DNA of 64,000 nt from Schmidtea nova. Taxonomy: Eukaryota. Shown here piece by piece: positions 13,229 through 26,329 of the stretch; position 1 is the stretch's first letter; each line of letters begins with the position of its first letter. The notes below the pieces were generated by a model. That model made no database searches, was not told the DNA's origin, and was given only the letters and a program-made list of their open reading frames with translations. The position numbers and the translations under genes are program-made. Location of the stretch: positions 217,620,001 through 217,684,000 of the forward strand of contig CM097883.1 in assembly GCA_044892505.1 (NCBI GenBank), written 5' to 3'.

Positions 13229-13460
13229 TTAATATCAATAATTCCTATAATGGTAAGACTATAGATCAAAATTTCTTTAAATAAGTACACAATATTTCGG
13301 CACCGCATTTATCAAGTATGTATAAAGGCTGTGTCGAAATATTGTGTACTTATTTAAAGAAATTTTGATCTATAGTCTTACCATTATGGGAATTATTGAT
13401 ATTAATAATAAAAAAGATCAAAGGGGAAACCAAAAGATAATTATGATATTAAGAAAATTA
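13229..13460. repeat. Second palindromic Penelope-type pseudo-LTR pair
   Basis: Arms about 13229-13312 / 13322-13405, followed by the family tail aaagatcaaaggggaaaccaaaagataattatg. Confidence 0.8.
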
Positions 13461-13689
13461 TTAATAAAAAATTTTGAATTTTTATGTTTACTTAATTATT
13501 TTACGAGTTTTTGTTAAATTGTTCTGTATGTGTTTTTATCGTGTTTACTTCTTGCAATTTGTTCAATTTAATTTTTGTTTTAATTAATTTTTACATATGT
13601 GTTGTTGATTATTTTTCTTTACTTGGTGTTTTTCTCAAATATTTGAATACACTTCTTGCATAGTCACTTTATGCTATTTATGGGATTTT

Positions 13690-15660
13690 GTTTTTGCCCA
13701 ACACATGGTAGAGGATTTGTTGGAAGCAGCCGTTATTAAAGAGAGCAACTCACCATGAGATTTTTTAATAGTAGTGGTAAAGAAAAAGAATGGTGAAATA
13801 AGTAATTTGTCGATTATCGAGTATTAAACACTTATGCATCAAGGCCAATATACCCTATTCCAACATCAAATGATTTATTCAATACCATTGGTGGAACAAA
13901 GTATTTTTCAAATTTAAATTTATCTAGTGGATAATATCATGTGAAGGTTTAATACAAAATATGGACAGCATGAATTTGTAATAATGCCTTTCGAATTGCG
14001 TGAAGTACCAGCACATTTTTAAAAATTTATAAATGTAGAACTAAGAAGAAAAAATAGGAAAGTTTGTGTAACTTACTTAGATGATATACTTATTTTTGGA
14101 AAGTCAATTGATAAACACAATTATGGACTGAATAAAGTCCTTGAGATAGAGTCGAGATTTAAATTTTCAGCAAGTAAATGCAAATTTTTAAAAACAGAAG
14201 TTAACTATTTGGGCAACGAATTAAATCAAGAGGGATTATAGACTGACCCAGAGAAGATTGAACATATAAAAAAATGAGAAATACTTTACTGTAAAAAAGA
14301 ATTACAATTTTTTCTAGGATTTTGTAATTATGCTAAAATAACGGAGAAATTGAGTAATTTTGTTTGAAATGTTGAAAGAAGACTCGCCTTTCAAGAACTA
14401 AAAATCAAATTAGCAAAACCATCAGTCTTGGCTTTACCGGTTTATAAAGGCAGGCACATTTTCGATACCAATGCATTTCATAACAGTATTGGTGCTGTAT
14501 TATTTCAAGTATAAAATGGAATAGAAAGAGTTATTCATATGCTTTAAAAACAATGACAAAATGTCAGAGACAGTATTTTATGTTGAGGTTCGTCTAAAGT
14601 TGTGCAACATGAGACGAGAGTGAGCGGAGATTGGGGCAAAACAATAAAAAAAGGCTGAAAAATTTTAAAGTTACAATTGATAAATAAGTACAAAATATTA
14701 ATTAAAATTTAAGAAAATTGACAAATCATGTTGGAAATTGGTATGTTCAGGCGGCAAATGAGGAGACGAGTACAAATATGATAATAAAATATCAATGAGA
14801 AATTCCTAGAAAAAGATTTTTAATAAATAAAGATTAATTAAAAATTTATGAATAATTTTTTAGTTACGTAAAAAACCCGAGTACATGGGAAACTCGAACT
14901 AATGAAAAACCCGAAAAAATGAAAATTCGACATAAATCAAATTATCTGAGTCATAGGCTGAAATGATTAAATTATAAAAAACAGCAATCATCTCAATTCT
15001 GCGAAAATTCAATTATAAAAAAGATAATTACACAAATTCTAGAAATCTAATTGATAAGTTGACGCAATAAAATTACAATAAAACGAATAGCAAAACGACA
15101 GTAGATCGCCATACTAGTCGAAGTAAAATTATTCGTCTGGAGTATTATACATTTGGTAAGTGGGAAGAGTGTGATTGTCAGAAATCTAACATTGGTAAAT
15201 CAAAAGCGTACCAGAAAAGGCAATCTACCCTTGGTAGACCTACATTTATCGTACGAATAAAGAAGAGTGCTGAGTGTTTTAATGAAAATATAAATTGTAT
15301 TGATTTATCGTTTTTAAATTGTGGAATTCAATAAAATTTGTTGTGTTGTCTTTGGTGATTTTCAATTATATGAGCACTAGGAGCCAGGTAATAAGCCGAC
15401 AAATAACCCAACAGCATAACACTGAAAGGAATTTTGGCTATATTTAAATTTGTACTTAAATTCAAATATTATTTATTTTGTACCAAGTTTCTAGTTAGAA
15501 CTGATCACCAAGAACTCACGTGGCTGTTTAAATGGGATAATCCGAACATTTCTTAATATTGCATCTGGAGAGCAGAACTAGAAGGTTTTACATGATCGTC
15601 GAATATCAAAAAAGAGACGAGCACATTGATGCATACGCAATGTGGTGAATTTATATTTTT
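13690..15660 (+). mobile_element. Degenerate Ty3/Gypsy RT-RNase H remnant, interrupted
   Basis: Frameshifted motifs VVVKKKNGEI, YLDDILIFG, FFLGFCNY, DTNA...SIGAVLFQ, RTDHQ; homologous to 30100-30825. Confidence 0.8.
14581..15413. mobile_element. 833-bp TG...CA element (solo-LTR-like) inserted in the Gypsy RNase H
   Basis: Starts TGTTGAGG, ends CCCAACA; RNase H coding resumes at 15414 (gcataac...). No clean TSD. Confidence 0.6.
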
Positions 15661-16198
15661 AATGATTTTCCAATTTCAAAATCACCAAAATATTTAATTT
15701 TAAAGTAATTATTATTATTTTCTTTTATAAGTGGTCACTTATCATTAAATCTCCTTAACGTCTCACAATAGCCTCTTAGCCCGCTACCACCCCTAGAAAG
15801 CTTCAGCGTCCACTTTGGGAACCACTAGGTTAAAGGAATACGAAAATATTTTGAAAATATTAATTTATTTCATCCTTCTATGACTTCTAGATAGCGTTAT
15901 CACCACTAAGAGATTTTTCAGAATTACCTCTACCTAATTATAAATCATCGAGTTGACTTGGGGTCTGTGTTTTTTCTTTTACGAGACACGGTCTATGTTT
16001 GTTCTACACGGCTCACATCGGCTTTCTGACATTAACAATTAAATACTTTTCGAAAAATCCCATAAATCCCTGAATTGTTTTCCCCACTTAAATATAGATA
16101 AATAGAAAATATATTTAATAAAAATATATAGAGTAAATCTCGAGAATTTTAGAAAATCAAAATATCTACTATTTCAGCAGTAGGCGTTCAGAATTATT

Positions 16199-19100
16199 TT
16201 AACAACTCATTGAAAATGGAAATCCTTTCGTGAGTCTTTCTGGGATCTGATGCTTACACGTTGGACTGTCTCTTTTTGAATTGTAAACAGTTCTAAAATT
16301 TATATCTTTGCGATTAATAGGAATATAATTTACAGACAAATTCTTATTAATTTCAGGACCAACTGTGAAAGAAAAACTTTGTGGTTCGTCAATCGACAAA
16401 ACATTTAGTGATGGAATGTCATTAATATCTCCATATTTTCTCACAATGACATTGACAATATCCAATTTGTCTTTCCTTAATCCATGCAATTTGAATATCT
16501 GGTTAGAACTCTTAGGACCACTTGCTGTCAATTCGCTTTGCGTCAGCAAACGATGGACATTAAATTTCGGATTCGAAACGCAGACCTTACTTTTCCAATC
16601 GCTATATTCCATTTGACGCTTAAACTTTTCATCTTGTTTATGAATGAAATAACTCGGCATTATTGAAACGGAATTCCTTTCCAACAGATTCAATGGACGA
16701 ATATAGTTGTCGAATTTCCTATCGGGTTTGTCTCTCTCCGGCAAAGTCGGTCGCATGGAATTGGCGTGGAGTTCATTTTCTATCCAAGGTTCCTTTAAGT
16801 CTTCAATTCTCTGAGTAGTTAAATTGCTTATCGAACAGTCTTCGACTTCTGTTTTACAAGTTTTCGTTGTCCATTTCGATTCGGATCTCGATTTTCGTTC
16901 TTCATCGGCGTAGAATTCATCGAGATCAATCGGATCAACGGAACCAGAAAATAAATAATCTTGAGAATACGTATATCGTCTTTTAGGATCCATTGAATTT
17001 CGAATTCCTTTCAAAGCTGACGCGACGCTATTTTTGCTTTGACAACTGTATGAAAATTCCCGACCGATTTCCGGGTAAATAAATTTTATTGACATCTGAG
17101 TTTTCGTTCTAGTCGAATTGTCATTTTGGATTAATTTTCTCTCGCTTTTCACAGGCGCCGTTTTTATTAGTTTTCTTTCAGTTTTCGCTTTAATTACATT
17201 TTGACTAGAAAAATTTTCGGTTTTCGATTTCACATGTGAACATAAATATTGAGATAAATCTTCGATCATTTGATTGGTTGGAATTAGATTATTGCGAATC
17301 ACTACTTGCATCGATTCTGCCAATAAAAGATTTTTCAATCGACAAATTCCTTCCACACAATTCTTTGGCACAATGTCTCTGACATAGAGAAGCGGCTGAG
17401 AAGCAAAAAAATCGATATCTTTAGATAAAATCAAAGGAATCATTGTGAGAATAGATGGATATTCTTTCTCTTTGAACTTTAATGTATCATTATAAAGAAC
17501 TTTTACATTTATTGAGTCGTTGGTTTTTTGATAAAAATTTAATAGTTCGCTTATTTTTTCGTAAATAATTTTGACACTTTTTTCAGGGCTTTCAATGCAC
17601 AATATTTCCGATTTACTGTCGATTAAATAAAATCCCGTCAGGATATCCGTGAGCTCATTCGGAGAATTTCTAAGACTATAAAGAAAGGTTTGCATTTTCG
17701 AATTGTCTCGGTCAATGAAATCCAATTTCTCACAATTATATTTTAGAATATTTTCAGACATTTTTTCTCTTAGAAAACCGCAATTAATATCGTTGTTAAT
17801 TACAATAATTTTCGTAAAATATTCACAATTATCTTTTTTGTTTAAATCTATGTTAAGCGATTCAGATAATTGGAAAGATATTTTAATTGTTGTTCCGGCA
17901 TCAATGAAATTATTCTGGTCTTCTTCATAAAGTTTCGTTCCATTTTCATTGTCATCTTTCACAGTCAACATTGGAACAGGAACAATCGGGACAGTCAGTT
18001 CGAGAAATTTGAGATTTTTATTTATTATGTCTGATAAATTTATTTTAGACTCACCCTGAGGTTTCGGTGCCGTGATAGAGGTTACCATTTTGCAAGAACT
18101 CGTTAGGTTAACGTTGCCAATATCTTGTCCACTCTTAATGTTTGATATGATTTCATCGGTCTCGATATTCAAATTCGGTTCTTGTTTGATTCTATTGAAA
18201 AATTCTATAACGAAAAATGAATTCAGAAATTGTTCCCTAATTTTAATTTCCTTCATATCCCCTAAAAGGATAATGTTGACATCATCAAAATGCATTTTTC
18301 TGTTACTTAGCCGACTCAATGTTCGATATTTGCTGAAATCCGAGAATCGGTATTCAAAAAATGCCGGCTGGTATTTTTCATTTATTTCCCTGATTTTGTC
18401 CTTGGAAATAGGAAGGTTGTTGAGTCTTTTTAGTTTTATTACTAGTGGATTCAAACGTTTTCTTTGGGCCGGAGAAAGAACATCCGATTCTATGGAAACT
18501 TGACTAAACATATCTTCAATACTACTAAATGAGTTTCCGATTCGACTAAGAGTGCGAGAATTTTGAAACAGGTCTGCCAAATTAATTTCTAAACTTGTTC
18601 GTCCAGTTTTAATGTAGTTATCATTTTCGGATAGAAGAATGATGCTTTTTCTTGATTGACTGAGAATTTTTGATTCCGAAGGTGGAATTAGATTCGTTTC
18701 TAGAAGCTTTAACGGGGAAAGATTGGATTTTGTGTTGGAGATAAAATGCGCCGAAGATCCTTTAACGGCGCTCGCTACATGGGATGGCTCTAATAACTTT
18801 TCCAGTTGACCATAGGACTCCATTCTTGAATTCGAATCTAACTTCGGTTCAGCATACAATACCATAGATTCAGTTTCTTTAATTTTTAATTCCGGAGAAC
18901 TTACACTGGATTTTGTTGTCGAACTGTGTTTTGGAGACCTAGTATTTTTTTCATCAGTCTTTTTTAAATTTTGTGACTCAACTATTTGATGTGGCAAAAT
19001 CCGATCGCTATTTTCTTTGTATGAAGATGTTAATGAAAAATCTTTTGAAATCATCAAGACAGTTTGCTTAATCCAACTCAAATTTTCATTGGTGGATTTT

Positions 19101-19681
19101 GACTTACTAGCTGATCTAGGAGGTTTAGGTCTATCGAATCGCACTTTTGGTAGACACTTATCTTTCGTATCCCACACTGTAACTTTCATTTTATGAGAAC
19201 ACAAATCTCTTATGTGACTATCAACGATCCAAACTCTATATTGCTGAATCCAACTAATCCAGGTATCCTCTCCATCAGTCCATGTTGGAATAACTTTCGA
19301 TTCGGATTTGTCGGGGTAGATTTTAGCATATGTTCCGTAAAATCCGATATCAGTTTTGTATGGTTCTTTAACAATATCTTGAGAAAATAGATTGAATTCT
19401 AAATGATAAAACTGCTGAACGTTTCGGGTAGTTTGATCAGAAAAACTCGTACGAGTGGAAAATGATTCACGAAATTTTGAACTTGTAAAAACCCCGGGAA
19501 CTGCAATAGCGAATGTGACATTAAAAATTACTTCGTGACCACTTTGATCATTCAAATAATTCTTTTTTTGATGGACTTTCATGGTGAAAATGGAATTATT
19601 AGTTCCTGAGAAAATTTCACTTTCTCTATTCCCATCGTCAACATCGTCGTTATTACTCCCTTGGAAACTAACAGAAATCAT
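16199..19681 (-). CDS. CFAP92: CFAP92/KIAA1257-like (DUF4550) cilia-associated protein, single exon, about 1160 aa
   Basis: Uninterrupted 3.5-kb ORF; N-terminal HEVIFNVTFAIAVP...FYHLEFNLF...TWTDGEDTWISWIQQY...HKMKVTVWDTKDK resembles the DUF4550 region; first ATG at 19681 (track starts at GTG 19711). Confidence 0.75.
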   Translation of the reverse strand: MISVSFQGSNNDDVDDGNRESEIFSGTNNSIFTMKVHQKKNYLNDQSGHEVIFNVTFAIAVPGVFTSSKFRESFSTRTSFSDQTTRNVQQFYHLEFNLFSQDIVKEPYKTDIGFYGTYAKIYPDKSESKVIPTWTDGEDTWISWIQQYRVWIVDSHIRDLCSHKMKVTVWDTKDKCLPKVRFDRPKPPRSASKSKSTNENLSWIKQTVLMISKDFSLTSSYKENSDRILPHQIVESQNLKKTDEKNTRSPKHSSTTKSSVSSPELKIKETESMVLYAEPKLDSNSRMESYGQLEKLLEPSHVASAVKGSSAHFISNTKSNLSPLKLLETNLIPPSESKILSQSRKSIILLSENDNYIKTGRTSLEINLADLFQNSRTLSRIGNSFSSIEDMFSQVSIESDVLSPAQRKRLNPLVIKLKRLNNLPISKDKIREINEKYQPAFFEYRFSDFSKYRTLSRLSNRKMHFDDVNIILLGDMKEIKIREQFLNSFFVIEFFNRIKQEPNLNIETDEIISNIKSGQDIGNVNLTSSCKMVTSITAPKPQGESKINLSDIINKNLKFLELTVPIVPVPMLTVKDDNENGTKLYEEDQNNFIDAGTTIKISFQLSESLNIDLNKKDNCEYFTKIIVINNDINCGFLREKMSENILKYNCEKLDFIDRDNSKMQTFLYSLRNSPNELTDILTGFYLIDSKSEILCIESPEKSVKIIYEKISELLNFYQKTNDSINVKVLYNDTLKFKEKEYPSILTMIPLILSKDIDFFASQPLLYVRDIVPKNCVEGICRLKNLLLAESMQVVIRNNLIPTNQMIEDLSQYLCSHVKSKTENFSSQNVIKAKTERKLIKTAPVKSERKLIQNDNSTRTKTQMSIKFIYPEIGREFSYSCQSKNSVASALKGIRNSMDPKRRYTYSQDYLFSGSVDPIDLDEFYADEERKSRSESKWTTKTCKTEVEDCSISNLTTQRIEDLKEPWIENELHANSMRPTLPERDKPDRKFDNYIRPLNLLERNSVSIMPSYFIHKQDEKFKRQMEYSDWKSKVCVSNPKFNVHRLLTQSELTASGPKSSNQIFKLHGLRKDKLDIVNVIVRKYGDINDIPSLNVLSIDEPQSFSFTVGPEINKNLSVNYIPINRKDINFRTVYNSKRDSPTCKHQIPERLTKGFPFSMSC

Positions 19682-20554
19682 TTTACTGATTTTGTAGATA
19701 AAAATCCACACTGATAATTGATATGGCGTGTTGCTAAGATATTTTCACTTGACAGCAAATGCTAATTTAATATATTCATAAAATAATAATAATAGCAAAA
19801 AAAAGTTTAGTAGTATGCGTGCATGACTAATTTTGATTGGTTAGTATTTATGTGTGTATAACTGTCAAAAGTGTGTATAGATTCAATCATTAATTTCATT
19901 ACTAGACATCGTAATAGAATTAATTAAATCATTTTGTGTATAGTATCTACACGCAGTTGAAAGTTACAAAATTTAATTAGTAAATTTCTGTTTGTTTCAT
20001 TGTTTTAAAGCATTGTAGAGTTGTAAATATTTTGTTAAAAACATTTTTTAGATTCCTATCAGAGTTATCTGCACAATTCTACATTTTAATAAAAGAAATC
20101 CGAATAAATTGATTGGAGTTTTCCTGATCTGTAAATGGTAATTAGAAAACTTGAGAAAAAATATGATGCATTTTTTGTGTGTGTGTGCGGTCATTGTTTT
20201 TACATTATTTTTTATATGATTTAATAGTAAAAGACTTGCCTGATGAAAGAAATTGGTTCAGTTATAGAAAGAAATAATGAAGTAAATGAGGTTAAAATAA
20301 AACACTAAACATGAATTTATTCTTATAACAGGAAAAATTATTTATCCAAATCACATTTTCTTGCTTTCATTTCAACAAATGAATCTAGCAAGTATTCACT
20401 ATTTAAGATCATATTGTTGGGGTTGTTAAAATTAACAGAAAATAAATTTATAGTTGCACAAATCAATAAAAATACGAAAATTGGAAAAATAATAATTAAT
20501 GGGCAAACACTAATTAAAAATTTATAAAATTCAAAATAAAGTTTGAAAAGGGGA

Positions 20555-21199
20555 AACTGGTATGGGAGGATGCCAAATGATAAGACGAATTCGAATATGG
20601 GTATATAAAAATAAAAAGGGGTCCCCAAAAAGAAATATTCAAAAAATACAAATTAATTAAAATTATTAATTACCATATATGAAACCCAAGCTAATGGGAA
20701 ACCCGAGCGATGTGCGAAACCCGGGGCATCAACAAAACGATTAATTAAAATAAATTGAATAAATGAAAGGTGCCCCGGGGAAAGAAGCCACAAACCCACT
20801 TAGCGGTAACTCCCAATTTGCTTTTAATTGACAGATCCATTAAGGTGTGACAGGAACAATCGAAAAAATCACTTTAAAAGGGCAAGTCAAAATTGCAGTA
20901 CTCGCCATTTGGTCGAAGAAAAATTCAAAGAGTTGAAAAACAAACCGGAACGTAGAAAAGTCAACCGAAGCAGTAATTAAAAGTTAGATCTATCAATTTC
21001 CTGTGTACCAGAAAGGGAGATATCTCATTGGGTGTTCTACCCTAACGCAGAAGAGTGCAGACAACTATTGTAATTTTCTGTGAATTAAATTGCTGTGATA
21101 TTGTTGAAAATAAAGATTACTGTGTTGGGTCTACTTTATTTTTTGAACGAAAGAACACCGGAGTCAGATACCAACTGATTTCTCATAAATAACCCAACA
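20555..21199 (+). mobile_element. Solo-LTR-like repeat family C, copy 1
   Basis: Homologous to reverse complement of 27243-27812 (ggggtcccca, aatgggaaacccgagcgatg, terminal tgttgggt...acccaaca). Confidence 0.7.
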
Positions 21200-21569
21200 A
21201 TATTCCCAACTTTATACGGATAAAGAGGACAAATATTAAACAATATTTATGATTTTTAATTTCAAAAGACTTCTCTCACTGCTAACTGTTGTTACTGATA
21301 ACTTGGCTAAAAGTCTTGGTGCTATATTCTTGGCAAGATCTAGCATTAGTAGTGCCTCAATGTGAAACTCATTTTAGACGCCCATTTTATAGAAATATTA
21401 TTTTATTGTCTTTTTTGGACTTAACATAATTCAATTGGCAATGTTAAATTTGTAATAAAAGCATATTAAAAAATTAATAATTCTTTTTTCAACTGAAATA
21501 CAGGTTTTTTTTGTTTATGTACTGCCTCTGATTTAGAATATATTGTATATTGATAATATTATATATAAA

Positions 21570-22359
21570 AACGATCCAGCCATCCATTACTACACTGAAA
21601 ATTTGGAAACCCCATGATACCAGCGAGCTGCTCCGCCTTTTTTCATAAGATCATCAGAGATAGGGACATTTGGGCCACAAACTTCAGTAAACCATTGCAG
21701 CAAGGCCTCCTACACGTCTTTTAATTTTGCAGTTCGGTTTTTTTACGATTTGGGTTCATTGAAATGGAAGAACCTTCCAAGCTGGAGCTATTCTTTTTCC
21801 ATGTAGAAAGGGTGCTCAGAGGGACTCCAAACTGGTGTGCGACATCAGACATCTTCTTCCCATCATCTAACTCATGCAACGCTTTAATCTTTGTCTCTAC
21901 GTCTTTATTGTTATACTTCGTCATGATGATGAAATTATGAAGTGTGCGATTATCACGCTCACACCAATATATAGGCAGCGTGCTAACTTTGCATGATGAC
22001 TCATCCATTTACTAAAAATAATTTCAATTGACATGCACGTTTATAATGTTAATAATAACCTTTATTACATAGCTCATTTAATGATTGGGACCTTCCAGAA
22101 AATGCAGAAAAACTCATCCTTTTAAAATTTAATTTGCATTTGTTTGATTCATGAACTTTTTTACTTCGAATTTAAAATGTAAATATGTACATGGAACTGA
22201 CTGAAACTGTTCGAATTAACAGAGTTTTCAAATTATCCGATTACGATTTATCAAAGTTTCTTGTCATTATAAAATACCAGAAACGGTTGGTACTTAAATA
22301 TTTTTTCGAATTAACAGAGTTTCCGAATTAACCTAGTTCGAATTAACGAGATTCTACTG
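21570..22359 (-). mobile_element. pogo/Tigger DNA transposon 5' fragment
   Basis: TA + TIR CAGTAGAATCTCGTTAATTCGAAC; CENP-B HTH ETKIKALHELDDGKKMSDVAHQFGVPLSTLSTWKKN, then EALLQWF...SNGWLDRF. Confidence 0.88.
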
Positions 22360-22539
22360 TATATTAAATTAAAATATTTTTATTTATAAAAAACATGGTT
22401 GTTTAAATAATATTTTCTTTAAACTCAGCAAATAACTTTTATAAAATATCAATTTCCAACGCAATAAATAATGAAAACTCGAAAATCTCTTTTTTTGATA
22501 TAACATCAACGTCTATTTCAACATCAACATCATCCGGGT

Positions 22540-23140
22540 TTACACTTAGACAATTACCGAGCGCAAAAATCGAATCACTTGCGCCATCCAAGAAAATACG
22601 ATTTCAACGAATCCAACGGAAACATCGAAAACTTGATCAAATGAATCAACACCTTTTACGTTTTCAGTGGAAAAGCAATCAGATGCAATCGTTTCTTCAA
22701 TATCAACACCATCGTCATCAATGGCGTTTCCGTCGGGGCAAATATCTTCTATAAAATTACATGTTGTATCGAGCTCAATTTCATCAAATCCAATGATATT
22801 GGTTAAATATCTACCAGTGATTCAATACCAACAGCTGCAAGTGTCGTTTCGATTTTTTCTATCAAACCTTTCACACTATCTAGCACTGGAACTTTATCGT
22901 CTAAAGATCTTCTATCAAATTCCGAGACAAGGAAACCATTCACATTTGGAATTCTATCATCAACCAGGCAGTTAATTTCAAGGCTAAACTCTAACATGGA
23001 CATAGGCAATCATGAATCACTGGAACTTCTTAAGTGTTCGGAAATCGATTTCGATCATCTAGAATTGTTTGCAGAGTTGTTTCTAACAACCGGGCTGGTA
23101 ATGAATGAAAATCTTACTTGGATTGGATTTGATTGCAACT
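22540..23140 (-). pseudogene. Unidentified decayed acidic protein-coding segment
   Basis: Frameshift-linked frames MPMSMLEFSLEINCLVDDRIP... and NIIGFDEIELDTTCNFIEDICPDGNAIDDDGVDIEETIASDC..., with in-frame stops upstream. Confidence 0.35.
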
Positions 23141-23349
23141 GCGAGTGATATTTTAAATATATTTTTTATTATATTATTTTACATAATATTTTATATTTAT
23201 TAATATTATTTGCATTTATATTTACCTATAAATTTTCACACAAATTCACCTTTCTCAAATTTTTTACCCCGTCGTTTTTCCACATCCAGACTACAAATTA
23301 CTCCCGCTACCCTACCGGATTATCTACCCCAACCTCTGTCTTGATGCAC

Positions 23350-25430
23350 TTTAATCACAAAATAGGAGAAGTCACCGTCAACACGGATTTACGCACAGGC
23401 ATCAGCGCCTCTCTTCACATAGACGAGACATCCTTTTACATATCATGCAACGGCTTCCGGGTTTCGTCAATCACTGAGGTCTACCTAATTCAATATTAGA
23501 AATCCATTGTCGCATCCTATGGGGTGTTTGTCCTGCAGCAGAATCTTCTTCCTCGACGTGGTTTCGCATTTTTGAAGTTTGTACGTCCTCCTTCGCGAAA
23601 TTACGCGCAGATCATCTCCTCGACTGCTTACCCACTGGATTGATATCCGAAACTGCCCCAAAAATCGTCGACTCTCTAGACGCAGAGAATCAATACGAAA
23701 GCCTGAAACCCTTATAATTTCCAAATACACATCTTCACAGACCCAAGCTCTGCAACCTACCACCTTCAATGCAGAAATACCCTGCACCTCCTCCGCCGTT
23801 GCCGCGAACCGTACACATACCGCTATCCGATACAAAGACAGTCCAATTTTGCCTTCCAGGTTTTCTTAAACTCATTTTACATCGCCGATACCTCCTTCCC
23901 CATACTAGGCCTCGACTTCCTAAAAAAACCAAGCAGTGCACATTGAGTTTAAAAACAGACTTATATATCAAGTTACTCAACCAGTTTCAACAATAATTCC
24001 GTTAACAGTCAACAACGTAGATTTCGTCATTGCCACACATTTTAAGAATTTCCAAGCCAAATCCATCACACTCACCCCTAGAAAAGAATTCGTTCATTTC
24101 ATCACAACCGTTCCCTGTCCACCATAACACGGTCTCTCTAAACTCGAAGAGAAGGTAATTATTCGACGCACTTCCTCCCCATGAATTTCTCCAATCCACG
24201 TAGTTACAAAGAAAGACGGCTTCTTTCGTCCATGCGGTGATTTCCGTGCACTGAACAGCGTTACCGTACACGATGCTTACCCGATGTCCCTTATCAAGAA
24301 CCTAATTTCACCTTTTCCCGGTAACAAGGCTTTTTCCACAATCGACCTAGCCAAAGCATTCCACTAGTTTCTCGTCATCCAATACGATATCCCAAAAACA
24401 GCAGTCACTACCTCCTTTGGCAACTTCGAATACCTCTTCATGCCATTTGTTCTCAGGAACGCAACAAACACTTTAATGCTTCATGGATACCACCTTCCGG
24501 CACCTGAGTCACACTTTCGCCTACCTAGATGATATAATTGTCGCCTCTCCTGACCACTCCTCACGTGCAAAGGACCTACTTCAATTATTCGATATTCTGA
24601 ACAAGAACAACCTCCCGATCAGCTCCGATAAGTGCCAGCTTTTCAAGCCACGAGTCCGCTTTCTAGGCCATATACTAACAGCCGACGATGGGAACCATTC
24701 CCCGAAAGATTAGACATCACCCGCTCATTCCCAAAGACAACCACAGTCGCGGAACTCCGCAGCTTTATCGGAACAGTAAACTTCTGCCATAGATTTATTC
24801 CAAATTCATCTCGCATAACCTCACAGATGTCCGCTCTCAATCATGGTCCAAAGAAAGCTATCATCAAATGGTGCGATAAGACAGACTTGGCATTCACCAC
24901 CGTCAAAAGGGCCTTGACAAATATCGCAACGCTATATTACCCGCAGAATGACCTTCCATTCACCCTCACCACAGACGCATCAGGCATAGCAGCAGGTTCT
25001 GTTCTTCATCAAATCAAAGATAGCATTCACCGCCCGATCGATTTTCCCCCGCAAATTCTCACAAACAGAAACAAAATACAGCGCCTTCGACAGAGAGTTA
25101 CTAGCCATGTTACTTTTCATTAAACATTTCAGGCACTTCCTTGAAAGCAGACACTTCACCGTTTTCACCGACCGAAAACCATTTATACACTGTCTTACCA
25201 TGAAGGACCCGTCAAATAGAATTTTCCGTCAGTTAGAATTTTTATCTTCTTTCGACTTCAAGATCAAACACATCGCAGGAAGAGATAACGTCATCGCAGA
25301 CTGTTTTTCGCTCGCAGTCGTAAATTCAATATCCTTCTCTTCCCTCTTTTCATTTGATATTCTCTCATCGAGACTTACATCTCCAAATTCAAAGAATCCT
25401 ACAAACTCATCAACGGCGTACAAAACGACA
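23350..25430 (+). mobile_element. Degenerate Ty3/Gypsy pol (RT, RNase H)
   Basis: DAYPMSLIK, FSTIDLAKAFH, AYLDDIIVAS, LRSFIGTVNFCHRFIP, LTTDASGIAAGSVLHQ, FRHFLESRHFTVFTDRKP; many frameshifts. Confidence 0.92.
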
Positions 25431-26329
25431 CATCTTTTAACAAATCACTACGCCCCATATAATTTTTTATTTTATTGAAACAATATTAGTTTGTAACATA
25501 ACGTACAATGAATAAACTTGTACATGTATAAATGATTTTTTTTGAAATAACTAAAAAATTCATAAACACTTTGAAGACTAGTAGGCGCAGTATTTCAAGG
25601 AAATTTTATTTAAAATAAGTTTCTTTTAAAAAGATTTCTTAAAAAATGTTTTTTAATGGTTTTCTTTGACATTTAATAGAGACTAAAATTCTATTTTTAA
25701 GAGCCTTTTACAAAAGGCGCCGGAATCTTTGCATCCACTGTTTCTAGTTAAAGTCGGCCTGGCTATATGCCAGAAAATAAAAATGGCTTCACTCGAAACA
25801 TTTAATAGGTGTAGTATTTTCATTAATATCTGACTATTTTTTGTATTTTATGGAGCAATCGTAAATATTTTATATACTTTTTCAATTTTCAAATCTTTTT
25901 TCTATATATTAAATTTTAATATTTTAATAATTAGAATCCTTGGTTTAAAATAGGAAGATAATATTCTTTACGATATAATAATTTTTGATTAGAAATAGTT
26001 TTATATGTTCATTTATAATCAAATTATAGTCATTTTTAAATTTTGTTTCTATATCATTATCATTATCATTAACAAAAATTAAATTAATAAATAATAAAAA
26101 TTATTTAAATTAATAAAATAATTAAATTTAAATTCAATTAGCCACAAATGACTTCGATTAACCTTTATTTGATGACGTTAACATACTTTTAACAATATTT
26201 TGATAAACTTGAAGGATAATTTGAGTTCAAAGTGCGTTGGAATACTATTATTATCGTTTTAATGAAAATTCTGTGCATTTCAAACTCATGTTGGGCTGGT
26301 AGAAGTGAAATCAAATTTTTGTTTCAATG

